From assembly GCA_016748015.1 (NCBI GenBank), contig JAAOMT010000779.1, positions 248,001 through 312,000 on the forward strand: a stretch of 64,000 bases of DNA, written 5' to 3'. The stretch's first letter is position 1; each line of letters opens with the position of its first letter. This document shows, in pieces, positions 23,663 to 37,809 of this stretch. Below the pieces are notes generated by a model. It made no database searches. It was not told the DNA's origin and saw only the letters and a program-made list of their open reading frames with translations. The DNA is from Geosiphon pyriformis uo1. Its lineage: Eukaryota > Fungi > Glomeromycota. Both the position numbers and the translations under genes were made by a program.

Positions 23663-26600
23663 CTATACACCTATATAAACAGAAACTTCATCACTTATGT
23701 CTGAAAAAAATAAACAAGACTTACAAAAACTGAAACCAACACCAATCACCTCAGCAACATCCAGCAATCCAACCACACCCACCGACAGCACTGAAGAAAG
23801 CCCAGAAATCGAGATAGAAACAGATCTATTACATGAAATAAGTCTATTTTTTTCCATAAAAGCACAGTGCTTGGCACAAACCAACCAAATATCTTCCCAA
23901 AAAGCATGACTAAACTCATACACAAAGACCACAATGTTCTGACTCGCTACTTTGGAATCCTTAAAAACAGAGACAGACTCATGAAACCAATCCTTGAAAA
24001 CAAAACCCTTGCACAGAGCAGTGCTGACCAAAACATTAGACAAACAAGTAAACAATAGCTGCAAGACAACTGAGAAAGAATGACCCAGGCCAGATTGCAT
24101 TCCCCAAGCTAATGCATAAGAGTCCAACAAACAAACACAATCATCAGCATCAAATGAACAAGAAAAAGCATGATCTAAGACTTCAACATCACCACAGAAT
24201 AAATACACTACACTAGAGTAACTCTTATTATAAAGCCATTTATGCATAGCAACAGGAAGCTGATGGTGCAATGTCTTTATAAAATACATCCAGAGACCAG
24301 CAGTCTGTATACTAGTAAAGTCAGCAGCCATGTGAGAATCCAGATGCCAAACCAAAAATGATCTAAACCAATCAATATCCACATGTAGACTATTTACCAC
24401 CACCCACAAACCAGAACTGATTTTCCAATGCACACGATAGACTGACTGAAAAACATTCTGAACAAAATGCCTAGAATTACCAAAAATAGCAACATTACCA
24501 ATCCTAAAATATTGTTCATTGATAAAATGGGGCAGAATTCAGCTAGAAAGAGCCGTAACTCTGGCCAATTCATCTGCACATTCATTGCCCAAAACACCCA
24601 AATGACCTTTGACCTTATACCAATTAACATCCAAATTCTTACAATGAACAACATTTACAATATGACAACATTCAATCCAACACCAATTTCTAAAATCTGG
24701 GCAAACCAAATCCAACTCTAACTTGCAAACATCCAAAGCTGCTTGACTGTTCGAGAACAAGTTGATCAAGTGAGAAAAAGGAATACACTCAAGAGCTAGA
24801 GCAATGACCTACAACTCCATCAAGGTAGAAAACATCAAACCAGAAACTCCCACTTCCAAACCCATACCAATGTTCTCAAAGAAAACAGCAGTCCCAGCTT
24901 TCATATTAACAGACTTCAAGTCACTCAAAGATCCATCCGTATAGACAGAAAGGCAACCAACATTAGAACACAACAAATTGGCACTAATAGCATTAAACTC
25001 ACAAGAACAAAGAATATTTAAAGAGCTGCCATTATTCAAAGGCAGGAAATAGACAGAAAAAGAGAACACACTACCAAGAAATCAAACAGAAAGCTCAAAC
25101 CAGGCAGGAACTGGACCATGCAGGTCCAACCGCTTTCACTGCTTGAAGGTTTTCCAATCAAAAATAGACCTACTTTGGTTAAGCAGCTGTTTCACAAAGG
25201 CAATTCCATAATGCTGAAGTGAAGAGACACACTTAAAATAAGTTGATTCACCAAGAACACAAGACATAGGGGTCCCACTCCAATGATAAAAAGCATTGGT
25301 CAGGAAGCCACCCAAGGACAAATCACTTCCAAAAAAAATGTGCACCATACCAGCCAGAAAATTATTTAGAGAATTGACCTTGACATAAACCAGGTACTGC
25401 AAAGAATGAAGTGGGCACCAGCAGAGGACCTGAAGATCATGTGACCAGTGAGAAAATAGACAACCCAAAATACCAACAGAGTTTGCAAAAGAAATGACTA
25501 AGGCCAATTTATTCTCAGCCTGAATCTGCTCAAAAGTCTTCAAACCATACAGAGAAAGATGATAAATTGCATCACTAGGGAAGTCACACAGCAGGCCAGA
25601 CTTAGATTTCAAGCCCTTACAAATCAGAGTGTTCCACTTCTCACAAGTATTAACAGGAACATAACTGAATTGTGTCCTATAACCAACTATAGGGAAGAGG
25701 ACCACCAAAACCAAATACAAAAACTGCTTATCAGATACTGCCTTCTTGAGAACCAGATTAGCAAAAAACCAGACATCAGAATGTGCTTTGGACAAGTTAG
25801 GTTTGGAAAAACTTTCAGTCAACAGATAGATCCTTAAATAGTGATGCAATTCTCCTTTCTTGGCAATAGAAATAGATGACCCACTGATCAACAGGGAAGG
25901 ATCCGCAACCTTGCAATTGATGAGAATGACCACAGTTTTATCATTATTAATTGAAATATCATTAATATCAAAAAATTCACTAGCAATGTTGAGAATGTGC
26001 TGTGTAGCACCTTGATTGCTACCAACCCATATAGTATTATCAACAAAAACACTCGCAACAAAAAAAAAGGAGAGACCAGCCCGAGATTTAGCACGACCAC
26101 ATTCAGAAATAAAGCAAGAATTCAACCTATATCTACACTTATCCACCTGTCTTTTGACTTCATACAGAAGAGGATCATAAAATATGCCCCAAAGAAGTGA
26201 CAAGAACACCTCTCCCTGGTCCAAACCATTGTGCATTCTGTATCCATCTGTCAAACCAAAATCTGTTATAACCCTATTAACATGATCATTATGAATACTA
26301 CCAAAAAATCTAATGAATCTGCTACACATCTTAATCCTAACCAAACTGTTCCGAAGATGCTCTTATCCAACAGAATCATAAGCCTTTTGCATGTCCTACA
26401 AGACCAATCAGAGTTCACGGCTCTTCTCCAAAGCATCTTTAACTACTGAACCAATAGCAAAAATGGGTGACTGTGTTGTCATACCCTTTAAAACCAAAAA
26501 ATTGTTTCTACACAAAACATCAAAAGTACTACATGCCAACAAGATTTTATTTGAGAAAATTTTGGAAAGGATCTTGTGAGCAGTTTCAATCAAGGCAATA

Positions 26601-28349
26601 AGTTGGGTGTTCATGAGAACTCCATCCCATTTATATGGCTTAGGAATTATTGATACTCAAGCTTCTTTCCAAGCACCAAGTACTGACTCACAGATCAAAC
26701 AAGAGTTTACAAGTACTAAAAGCATATCCAAAATTGGTTTATTACAATGTTTCTAGAATTCATTCAAAATCCCAGAAAGACCAGCAGCTTTACTTTCAGG
26801 AAGATCAGAAATCACACTGAGCAACTTGTCAATACCAACAGAACACATCATGCCAGAAAAGGCACCATCAAAAACATACTTTAGAGGCCAGTATTGGCAC
26901 AACCATTTATCTGAGATGTCAGATGTAACCCTGCACTTTCTGGTCCAACCTTCCATGATCCCATTCACCTTAGATTTAACTAGGCTTGGTTCCAATACCA
27001 ATTTGTTACCTACAACCAGATGATTCAATACTACTTTGCAAAAGGGGTGCTTCAAAACACTCCTGATGGTATGACCCTTATCTGATTCAAAACTTTCTAT
27101 TCTTTTATTAATAGCTGCCTTGATATATGCTTCCTTAGCATGCCTAGATTCCAGCAACTTAGAAGAGGGGTAAGATTTTCTTATTTTAGTCAGAGCTGAG
27201 CAAATCATGTTGAAATTGGAACCTAAAAGAAATAAAGACTTTACCACTGATGCACCATTAGCATTGAGCCCACACCATATATCCAACAATGAAGTAAATT
27301 CAACACTAGAGACCAAGCAAAAAGCCTTAACCAGCTTAGACATTAGCAACTTCAGCCTATAAAACCTTGAGGAATCTCTGGTGAAAACTCCATCAAAATC
27401 CCTAAACCATTTCTTTCTAAATATCTCATTTGCTGAAAGAGTTATTATCTTGTGTAAAACATTCCACATAACATCCAAATCTGAGAGTTGTACAGCAGCA
27501 GCGAACTCATTGGCAAACATTCTAGTATTGGCTGAAGTGGCATCTTTAAAACTTTTCTATTTACTGTTATCAGCATTCTTGAAATCAAACTTCCAACAAT
27601 CTCTATTAGCTTGCCTATAAAGGGAGTTTAATTGGGTATCCAGCAGACTGCCCAGGCCCACAGAAACAGAAACTGCCCAATGATCAATGTTGAAATGTTT
27701 GTTTACATCCACAACATTGTGATCTATAACTGCATTGACCAAATTAGATGAACTAGCACAAAATTAATTGTTTTTTTCACATCCCTCAAATTTTCCCACA
27801 TAAAACTTTTCACTACTAGGCTACCTGACAAAGAGTTAACCAGCCCCAAGTCTAGACATCTTTTAAAACTCGCACTCTTGCGCAAACCATTCTCATTGAA
27901 ATCACCACCCAAAACGACGAAAGAAGATTTATTAACAGTCTTAGCAATGAGAGAATTGACTTCACCAGCCTGAGAAAACTGAACCAATGAAGAAGTACCA
28001 GCATAAAGCCCCAAAATAGACACAGAAAGTTTATTCTTGAAAAACAGCTTAATAGACAGGAGCTGACCAGGCACCTCAGAAACTTTGCACACATGTCTTG
28101 CCAAAGAAATGTCTATAACAATTGCAATGCCAGAGCCCACATGGCCAGAATTCAGACCAGAGGTGAACACCCAGACATCATCAAACTTATTCATGATCTA
28201 TGGATGAATTTTACTCTTTAACTTGGTCTCAGTAACAATAGAAATCAAATTGTTTGTCTCTTTATGCCAATGAATTATATTATCCTGTTTCACAGGATTG
28301 TTTATACTCCTTTATTGCACATGGCAATCTTCCAAACCAAAACACTCAT
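23663..28349 (-). pseudogene. LINE copy 2 ORF2 (APE endonuclease, RT, RNase H, C-terminal Zn finger)
   Basis: VLGGDFNE; GLDQGEVFLSLLW; FVDNT; RNase H VYTDGSL..NSQAAL..WYKVKGHLGVLGNECADELA; LFCGDVEVLDHAFSC. Confidence 0.92.
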
Positions 28350-30290
28350 TGAGAAATAGAAACAGCTAACAAACCCAAACCTGAGCACAAACAATCCAAT
28401 TTTTCCAAAACAGATTCAACCAAAACTTCCAAAGCCACAATTTTGGATTCTAAACCACCAACTTTAGTAGTCAAAACTTTAAAACTACTTGGACTTATAA
28501 TGGAAGATATATCACTAATGACAAGAGGAGAGAGATTGGAAACTGCTGAAGCATCATTCAAAACCATATCTAAATCTAAACCTGAAACCACAGACACTAG
28601 AACTGTTGGAGGAGAAGCATTAGATGTAGTTGCCAAAGACACCAATTTTATGGAACCCAATTTTACCAAAATACCAGAAACCTGGTCTGCCAAAAGTTCT
28701 AGAGAACATTCCAAAGAAGCCAAATGCCCAAACACGTCATGTTCACTAAACAAAGCAGAAGCAAAAAGAAAAGTCTCAACAACAAGGAACAGACTGGCAC
28801 CAAGAGAAACCAAAGAAGCCACACGAAAAGAGAAACCACCAGCTACCTGAGCCCAAGTTCTATCACCAAAAAAAACTGGATGGGCAATAGGAGCCTGTTT
28901 TTTCTTATAAATACCAGCCAAATGGACCCAATTCTGATTAGTCACCACTCGCTTCCCATGAACTTCAGAAATCCCATCAGACAAACATGCATCAGAGATG
29001 TAACCAAATTGTTTACATTTGGCACAACAAGCCAGAGAAAGACTAGTCCATCACAAATTTACACTCTTAAAAACCAGATCAGAACTAATTGCAACCAACT
29101 TAGATTTCTTATTAGTAAAACAAACCACAGCACATCTGTTGCAGACATAAGAACTAGAATTGCAACCAATAAAACACACTATATAAATCAAGTAAACCAG
29201 ACAAATCATAAGCAGTAGTGCCAACTGGTAAAGTATAAAGCAAAGCTCTATGCTGATCTCTAAACATCCAAGATTGTTTATCTTCAACAGCCAATACCAC
29301 TTACACAAAATCTTTTCTCATGAGAACAGACCATTTAGAAGCAACTGAACTAGCCACCTTTGGTGATTCAAATTCAACCAAAGCTTTCTGTCACAAACCA
29401 ATCAATTGTATCTTAATCAACACAATCTTATCAAACTTAGCAAAAACTGATTCTACTGCTGATCTGGGAAGATCTATTGGAATTTTCTTGATGATTACCT
29501 CCTGATTTGACCAGCTGTTTATCTTTCTAAGATCATTATTAAAAAAAATTTTGTTATTAATCACTAGTACTTTAACCTTATTCAAACTGAATTTTGATGT
29601 AAAAGATGATCTGATAATCTCAAGAAATTTTGAGAGAGTAGAGGCACCTCCAAAACCATCTACTTGATAAAAATTTTTTTTTATTGAAACCAATTTATCA
29701 CTAATTAATTTGCCAGGCACTACAGAAAGTTCAACATCAAGCACAAAAGATTTTACTGGCTCGAATTTTCTTTCATCTGAAACATGTGACTTGGTACTTG
29801 GCAGCTGATTGAAACCTTTAAACTTAGGAAGTGAAAGAGCCACCATATCTTCATTACCACTCAAAACATTAAACAAAGGAGCTTTCGGAGGTTGACTTAA
29901 TACATATGTACAAGTGCATGTTTTCCTGAGTGTAGTATTGTCCTCCATGCCATTGATTACAGAATTGTTTGAGTTGGCGTAACTAGTTTTTTTAGTGGCA
30001 GTATTCTTCATGTTCTTCAGATCTGACAGGCCACCCATACTGCTCGCTTCACTTTCCATTTTACTGCTCCAAAATTTCGAAAACTTATCATCAATGTCTC
30101 CAATATCGGTCAGGCCCAACAGACCAACAGACAAGTCAACCATACTGACACTGATTTTAGGATTCCTAAGCTTCTTGTAAGATACACTACGAGTATATAC
30201 ACTATTTATTTATTTTTTTGCATCAAGCCAGTTCTCCAACTCAGCAAAAGTAGATTCAGAGTCACCAGCAACAGAACTTGCCAGTTCTAT
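28346..30290 (-). pseudogene. LINE copy 2 ORF1 (gag-like, zinc knuckle)
   Basis: Start decayed to ATA at 30290; CAKCKQFGYISDAC knuckle near 28985-29030; C-terminal coiled-coil KVGGLESKIVALE. Confidence 0.85.
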
Positions 30291-30400
30291 GTTTACGAAT
30301 AAAGGTACATCTGAAGAAATAGTTGAAGTATGGAGTAAGGAAACTTTTTTTCGATAATATCTCACTCTCATTGTGACTGAGTGATCAACAAGAAAAAGTT

Positions 30401-31550
30401 ATTTTCTTTATTACTTTATATTTTATTATAATTAATATTATAATAAATAATTAATAATAATTAATAATAAAAATAATTAAAGAAAATTTTAATTAAAAAA
30501 ATAAATCAATTAAATAAATAATTTTACTTATTATAATAGTTATTACAAAAGTATTAATTTTTAATTTTAATTTTTTTTAATATTGTTAATTTAAAATTAA
30601 TTTAATAAGTTATATCTTAACAATAATTAAAATAATTTTTTAATTATAAGTAATAATTATTTGGTATTATTTTTATTAATGATATTTGGTATATTTTTTG
30701 GGTCATATAAGTATTGTTTGTTTTTTTTAATTTGAGCAGTCAAAATTGGCTTAAGTAGTTAATTATATATAAAAAATACATAAATTATATTTGATTTATA
30801 ATACTTAGTTGTTATATTATATTAGATAGAGATTAAACTTTATTTATAAATACAATAAAAAAAACTTTTTATTAAATTATTGTATTAATTTTTTTTTGTT
30901 TTAAAAATTTTAAATAATAATTTTAATATTTGTATGATTTATTTCTATTTTTGTTATATAAACAGTATTTTTTTTAATATTTTACAATAAATATTTATAT
31001 ATTTTTTAAATTAAAAGCATTATTTTATTAAAGTATATTATAAATATTTGTTTATTATAAATATATTAATGTATTTATTTTTTATTGTTTTTTTTATAAA
31101 AAATATTTTATAATTAATAGCAATTAAAAATTAATTTTTAAAATTTTAAATAGTTAAAAAATAAGTTTTATGTTTATTTTTAAATTAATTAAACTTTTAA
31201 GCAAAATATTAAGTATTTCAAAAATATGTTTAATTTAAATTTTTAAAATATAAAACAGTTTTTAATATTTATAACAAAATTTTTAATTATAGATTTTATT
31301 AATAATAATACCAAAAAAAAAAACAAAATTATATAATAATAAAAAAATAAAATTTTTGTTATAAAACTTTAAATTAATTTATAAAAATTTTAAATATAAC
31401 AAAAAACTTAGAAAAAAGTTTTAAAATACCAAAAAAAAAAACAGTTTACAATAAAAAATCAAATAATTTATTAATATTTAAAGGTTTTTATTAATATATA
31501 TAATATATTAATTTTAATAATATTATTATTAAAAAAAACTTTTTTTTTTC
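30401..31550. other. Extremely AT-rich tract
   Basis: Composition; no credible ORF. Confidence 0.75.
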
Positions 31551-31589
31551 TTTTATCCCAAATTCCCAAAAAAGAGTCAAAAAAGTTTT

Positions 31590-31945
31590 TTGAAAGAAGT
31601 TTTTTACCATTTAGTATGATAAATTAAAACTGTTTTTGCTTGACTATAAGGCCACTATTGGCTGTAATATTATCATTATAAAGAAAACTGTTAAAAGCTT
31701 TAGTTTTGATGCTAATAACAGAGATGTTGTTTCTAAGAAAAAAAGAAAAAGTGATATATTAAAGAATAGTACTGCTCATGATATGGCTTTTATTGAAGAG
31801 GTGGTTAGGAGTTTTTAGAGTTTTGAGACTGGAAATACAACCAAATCTAATAGTATTAATATGAAAGGGAAGTTTCTAGTAAAGAAAACTAGTGTGAATT
31901 ATAGTGAAAGAAATGTGTTTATTGAAAGTAATTCTGGTCAGATGC
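31590..31945 (+). mobile_element. 5' fragment of another LINE subfamily (5'UTR and ORF1 start), cut by Gypsy A
   Basis: K/S-rich ORF1-type N-terminus (KKKRK..SFETGNTTKSNSINM..KKTSVNY) paralleling the SK(V/M)..S..L.D.KNM....ETSYA segment of copies 1 and 2. Confidence 0.6.
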
Positions 31946-32894
31946 TGTTATAGATAATTATTTGGGGTCTGAAAACAAATAAAAAACCTGTAACTTAGTA
32001 TTTAATTAATATGTTGGGATTAATATCTGATGATTTTTTTGTTGAGTCTTTTGTATAATGAACAGAAATTCAATAGATATATCTTGGTGTAATATTTCTA
32101 GTTTTTTCTTCAATGCTTAAGTTAATATATATTGTTGTTTATTGTTTTCTAGAATACATATATTCTGTTAATTTCTTTCTTAGCTTGGTGGCTGGTAATC
32201 TCCTGGTAAGCTATCCTCAATTTTTGAGTGTTCACTCTTATTTCTGGGTCTTTTACCAGTACTATATTCTGATGTTAATACTCTGTATATTAATTTTTTA
32301 ATCAATTAGTAAATCCACAATAAAACAAAAAGAAAATAAAAAATAAAAAAATAAAAAAATAAAGAAAATAATAAAAAGAAAAATAAGAAAATAAGCCAAG
32401 ACAAAAAAGAGTTAGTATTCTGTCAATAGTCATAATCAAGAGTTATTGGTCCAGTATAGTTAAGTATCAGTAACTATCAACATGAATTATTGATAGTAGA
32501 AAGATAAATTGTAATATTTAATAAGTATTTTATTGAGATTTTTTATGTTTTTACTTCAAGTCATAGAATACTATTATATAAAAAGATGGATGAGAATTGG
32601 AATTGAAAGTTCTAAACTAAGAATTTTTTTTTTCTGCTTTTAATGCTACTGCTATATATATATAAATTTTATTATATAAGATTCTTTGAATTTCTTAATT
32701 CTCTAGCCAGGAATTTTAAAATTCCTGGAATCTGGTAATTTTTTGAGAGGAATTTTGGAATTCTGGAATCTTATAATTCCTTACATAAAAATTCTGTAAT
32801 TTTAGAATTCTGCAATTTTTCTAAAAAAAATTCTGGAATTCCACTTTTACTATGTCTTATTCTGATTGGCTAATTTATGTACTAGTATATAATT

Positions 32895-33622
32895 TCTATA
32901 TTTTATGAGTAATATTATTCCTTTTTTTTAATATTAAGCTCTGTTAAGATTTCTTATATCTCCTAACTTTTTTTTTGATTAACTCTTGAACTTCTTTTTT
33001 AAAAATTACTTGGATTATTTTGATCTGTAATTTTTTAAATTAAGCATTGGTAATTTTTTCCAATTAATTAATGATAACTATATCTATTGCTGGATTGAGT
33101 AGTATTGTTGATCAATCTTGAAATCCTGCATGTAGCCAATATATAGCTTATGCTTATATAAACAGATTGTTTTTCTTCACAAATTGTTCTAATTGTTGTA
33201 GTATTGTTGTGTTAAATAACTGTTTTATTTTATTGATATACAAGTTTTGAATATTCAGGTTTTGTTTCAAATAATAATAACAAAAATTTCTTGAGAATTG
33301 TTGTCTTTACCAATTCCAAGTTTTTTTCATCAATTTTTAGTATGATACTGCTGTTTCTGGTATTTCTTTTGACAATTTTACTTTTGCTATTATCTTGTTT
33401 ATAATGTTTTTTGGTTTTTTATGTGTCTTGTATTGGATTTTCTTTTTATTATCTTTGTACCAAATGGTTTGTTAATTAATTGTAATTTTTATGTTTTGTT
33501 GTTAAATTAGTTAAAATAGTTGCTGTGTAAGTAAGTAAATATTATCAGTAATTTTCATCTTTATTATTGCTTTTGTTGCATATATTATGTCTTTATATAT
33601 TTCTGTTTAATCAATTTGACAT
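32895..33622 (-). pseudogene. ORF3 homolog of Gypsy A
   Basis: ATG at 33622 just after the IN stop; blocks ITIN, IPETA..KL, YYYL, AIYWL, ILLN..I....LEKIT...F align with G1 ORF3. Confidence 0.7.
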
Positions 33623-36600
33623 ATTTGTATTGATAATTATGATTGGTTTTAGATCTCATGGAATTTCATCTGGTTGGACTAGTATTTATAGTACTCTCAG
33701 TTATGGAATATTATTGGTAGATAATAATACTATATTGTGATATGATTTTAGTTAATTTCTATGTACTGTTTTAGCTAAAATTTTGTTGTTTTATCTTAAT
33801 TTATAAGCTTCATTTTCTATGTAAAATGGTTTATTCTATTTGGGGTCAAATTTTTCACTTTATTGTTTTTTTACTTTGTACAATGTAAAAGTATTTTGTC
33901 TCCAATTCTGAATTTAACTGGTTTATCCAGTAACTAGTTATTATGTTGTTTTTTTTGTTTTTTTTGTAACTTTTGAATGTTATTAGCTGTTTTTTGTCTT
34001 TTTTTTTCTAAAGTTTCTATTAAGTCATATGTTTTTTTTAGCAATGTTTCTTGAAAGTTGTTTTCTATTATTGGTTCAGTTAGATATGTATTGACTTTTA
34101 TCTTAACTGGTAATGTTGCTGTTCTACTATAAACAAGTTTAAATGGTGTTGCTTGTATAATATCTTGTTTTATTGTCTAATAAGCAAATAGTATTAATGG
34201 TATAAACAAATCTCATTCATTCTGGTTTTTTTGACTAATTTTGGCAATTGTTTTACATAATGTTCTATTGAACTTTTCAACTAAACCATTTGTTTATAGA
34301 TAATATAGTGATAATAATGGTCTTTTGATTCCAAATCTTTGGCTTAATTCTATTAATGTTTTGTTTACAAAGTGAGTTCCTTGATTTGATAATAATTTTT
34401 TTGGACATCTGTGTTGACAAATCAAATTTTGATAAACAAATTTGGCTATAGATTCTGTATTTGCTCTTTGAATTGTTTTTGTCTCTGGCTATTTTGTAAG
34501 TTAATTTATGGCTATTGCTATATAATGATTGTTTTTACTGGTTATTGTTAATAGTCCAACTAAGTTAATTCCAATTCTATCAAATAGTTGTCCTACTTTA
34601 ATTGGTTTTAGTGGTTTACTGGATTTTGTTTCTCCTTTCTTTTGACAAGCATTACAATTTTGAACATATTAGATAATGTTCAGATACATTGATGACTAAT
34701 AATATCTTTTTCTGGTTCTTTTTATGATTGCTTCTTTATAAAAATATTCTGCTGTTGGATCTAAATGCACATTGTACAATATTGTTTTTTTCTCTGGTTC
34801 TGTAATTACTCTGAGTAGTTAATTTGGATCTTTTCTGTTTTTTTAATATAGTATGTTTTGGTAAGTAATAAAATATTTTGATTGTTATTTTATGTTGTTT
34901 TATTCCATTTAAGATAATTTTTCCTTGAACTGTTAGGTGTTAATATAGTGTTGGAGTTGTTAATATTTTTGTATATTCATTTTTTGTTATATTTTTGAAT
35001 TAAAATGTTCTTAGATTTGTTTTATTTACAACAAACTGTTAGCATTTCCGTTTTTTTTTTTTTTTTTATAATATAATGTATATTTGAATAATAAAAGTTC
35101 TATTTTTTATCTGACATAGCAGTCATCTCCAAATTTTTGTTTCTAAATTGATGTCAATTTTTTGTGATCAGTGTATACTTCAAACTTTTGGCTTAAATAT
35201 TTTTTCTATTTGATAACTGTCCAATAGATAGCTAAGTATTCTATAGTTTTTTCTGCTGAACTTAAGCTTCAGCTGGCATATGCTATTAGATGTTTTTGTT
35301 CATCTAGTCTTCTCTAAGATAGTACAGCTTTCAATGCTTGACCAAATGCATCTGTAATAATAATAAATAGCTTGCTGTGATCTGAATAGATTAATATTAG
35401 TGCTTAAATAAGCTTTCTTCATAGAATGTTAAAAGCTTCTTGCTAAGTTTTAATCCATTCATATTTTACATTTTTTGTTTGAAGCTGATGAAGTGATTGG
35501 ACCAGTTTGGAAAAATTCTGGATAAATCACTGATAATATTCTATGAATTCCAAAAATGTTCTTAATTCTGTGAGATTTGTTAATACTGAAAAGTTTTTAA
35601 TTATCTCAATTTTATCTAAATCTATTTTGATGCTGTTTTTGCTTATAATATGTTCTAAAAATTTCAATTCTGTTTTGTTGAAAAAGCATTTAGTGGCATT
35701 TAACTTTAGTTTTGTTTATCTTAGTCTTTTAAACACTTACTGTAAATGATAAAGATAATCATCAAATGTCTTTGAAAATATATTGGTGTTATCTAGATAA
35801 ATGATTACTGATTTCCATAGTAGTTTTATATAAACAATTTCTATAAGCAATTAGAATATGGCTGGAATATTAGTTAAATCAAATAACATAACTTCAAACT
35901 CAAAATTCTTTTCTCTAATTGTAAAAACAGTCTTTTCTTTATCTTTTAGTTTTATGGCTATTTATCAGTAATTATTATCTAAATTTAATATTGAAAACCA
36001 TTTCTTTTTTCCAAAAACATCAAATAATTTCTGAATTCATAAAGTTGAATAACTGTTTCCATGAGTAATATTGTTGAGTTTTTTGTAATCTACACAAAAG
36101 TGAATTTTTTCATTTTTCTTTCAGACCAGTACTATTAATAATGACCATAGACTTATTAATAGTTGAATTAACCCATTGTCTAACATTTGGTTGATTTCTT
36201 ATCAGATAATTTCATGACTTGTTAATAGTACTCTGTATGCTCTTTGTTTAATTGGCATAGTATTTTTAGTCTTAATTTGGTGTTGGATAATGTCAGTTCT
36301 GCCAAATTCATTTTTACTGGCAAAAATATTAGTAAAATTGTTAAGTAATATCTTAAATTGCATTTATTGAAGTAGGTCTAAATTTTCTAAGTTTATTTGT
36401 TTCAATTGTTTTGGTTAAAGCAAATAACATTCTTCTTATTTATATATTGTTTGTAATGTAATATCCACATATTCACATAGTTGTAGAAAATCTGGAATGG
36501 TGCTTGGTGGTTAATCTTCAACTTTAGTGTTTAAGTATTCAATAGTGGTTTTCTTTGGTATTTCAATAAAGTCTCCAGTTGTATTGTGAATGGAAATTTT

Positions 36601-36839
36601 AATGTGTTTGTGATTTTTAGCCAGTATATAGAGATTAGTAATAGCAATTTCTCCTGATTTACAAATAGTAACTTCCATTTTAAAAATTTGGATTTGATCT
36701 TTTATTTTTCTTTCTATAACTATTAAATACTAATCATATAATAGAATAGAAATTGATTGATGAGTGAAAATAATTTCTTTCTTGTTAATAACTTTTTCCT
36801 CTATTATATTAACTGATATATCTATCTTATTCATGAATT

Positions 36840-37250
36840 CAAATCCATTTTTTCTTTTGGCTGTAATTTTTAATTTTTTTTTGTTCTTACTAATATTAAC
36901 TGAGCTATTTTTACTAAAGGTAGGAATATTGCCTATGCTATTTTTTTATTTGGTTTAATCACATATTTTTTTTCTGAGTTATTTTGTAGCATTGTAATAA
37001 TATTTTCCACATATTCTGCATCAATTATTCCTCCTCTAATATTGATTCTCTTTTTTGCTAAACTAGATCTAGATGCTAATTGAACCATTGTTGTTGTTGA
37101 AATTTTCAGTGCTATTTTCAAATCAATACAGATGTGCAAATATGGTTCCAATTTGATGGCATTTTTTCTTAGATATCTCAGATCAAACTCTGCATCAATA
37201 TCATATATGTGTTTTGGCATAATATCTTCATCATTATTGCTAAACCATTT
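36840..37250 (-). pseudogene. dUTPase domain of Gypsy A
   Basis: DAEFDLRY, QLASRSSLAKK, RGGIIDAEYVENI, KKIA. Confidence 0.88.
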
Positions 37251-37809
37251 AAGTTTTTGCTTCTTTGAAAGATCAGAGAGCATAATATATTGTTTTGAGT
37301 TTAAATTAGAGTTTGAATTATCACTGTTGTCATTATTATTTTGAATAAAGCTGAAACTATTGTTATTATTATCATTGAAGTCTAAATCAGAATTGAATTT
37401 TGATCCTAATTCTGCTATGCATTTACTAATTGGTTTTTCCTCTTTGAACATCGAATAAATCATGTGTAGTAGTAGATTGTAAATGATGTCACAGTCATTA
37501 TAATACTAAAAGTTACATGGTATTAAACAGTGATCACATAAATAAGTATTGAGTTGTTCTAAATATTGCTCTTGTTTCTCTTTAGTTGGTGCTAATTCTT
37601 GGTAGTGTTCATGGAATTGTTTAGAGTCTATCACATTAAAGATAATATTGGGATTTAAAACCCAAATAATCTCTTCTGGTTTTGACAGGTTGTTTTTAAT
37701 GGTCTTAATTTCTTCTGAAGTTGCTTCTTTGATTTTGGCGATTGCTATTTTCCAAATTTAAATTCAAAGTTTTTTTCTCTTGTAGTAAATACTGTCTTTT
37801 CTTTATTAG

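Larger units (their letters stand above)
23523..30400 (-). mobile_element. Near full-length LINE copy 2 (ORF1 plus ORF2 APE-RT-RNase H-CCHC) with poly(A) tail
   Basis: Plus-strand T-run/TTTA tail at 23525-23548; all domains in order; many stops; 5' boundary approximate; no TSD resolved. Confidence 0.95.
31946..37757 (-). mobile_element. Gypsy element A, 3' half (partial Cys-rich insert, dUTPase, RT, RH, IN, ORF3, PPT, 3' LTR 31946-32914)
   Basis: LTR TGTTATAG...ATGAGTAATA; purine tract adjacent at 32915-32929; IN ends ILVQPDEIP* near 33657 (cf. G1 LLINPEDIP*); heavily stop-ridden. Confidence 0.9.

Noticed and set aside
30362-30390. Twister or HDV ribozyme at the LINE 5' end
   Set aside because: CGGTCACAA resembles part of twister, but the GCCCG pairing and the UAA..GC/GAG elements are missing.
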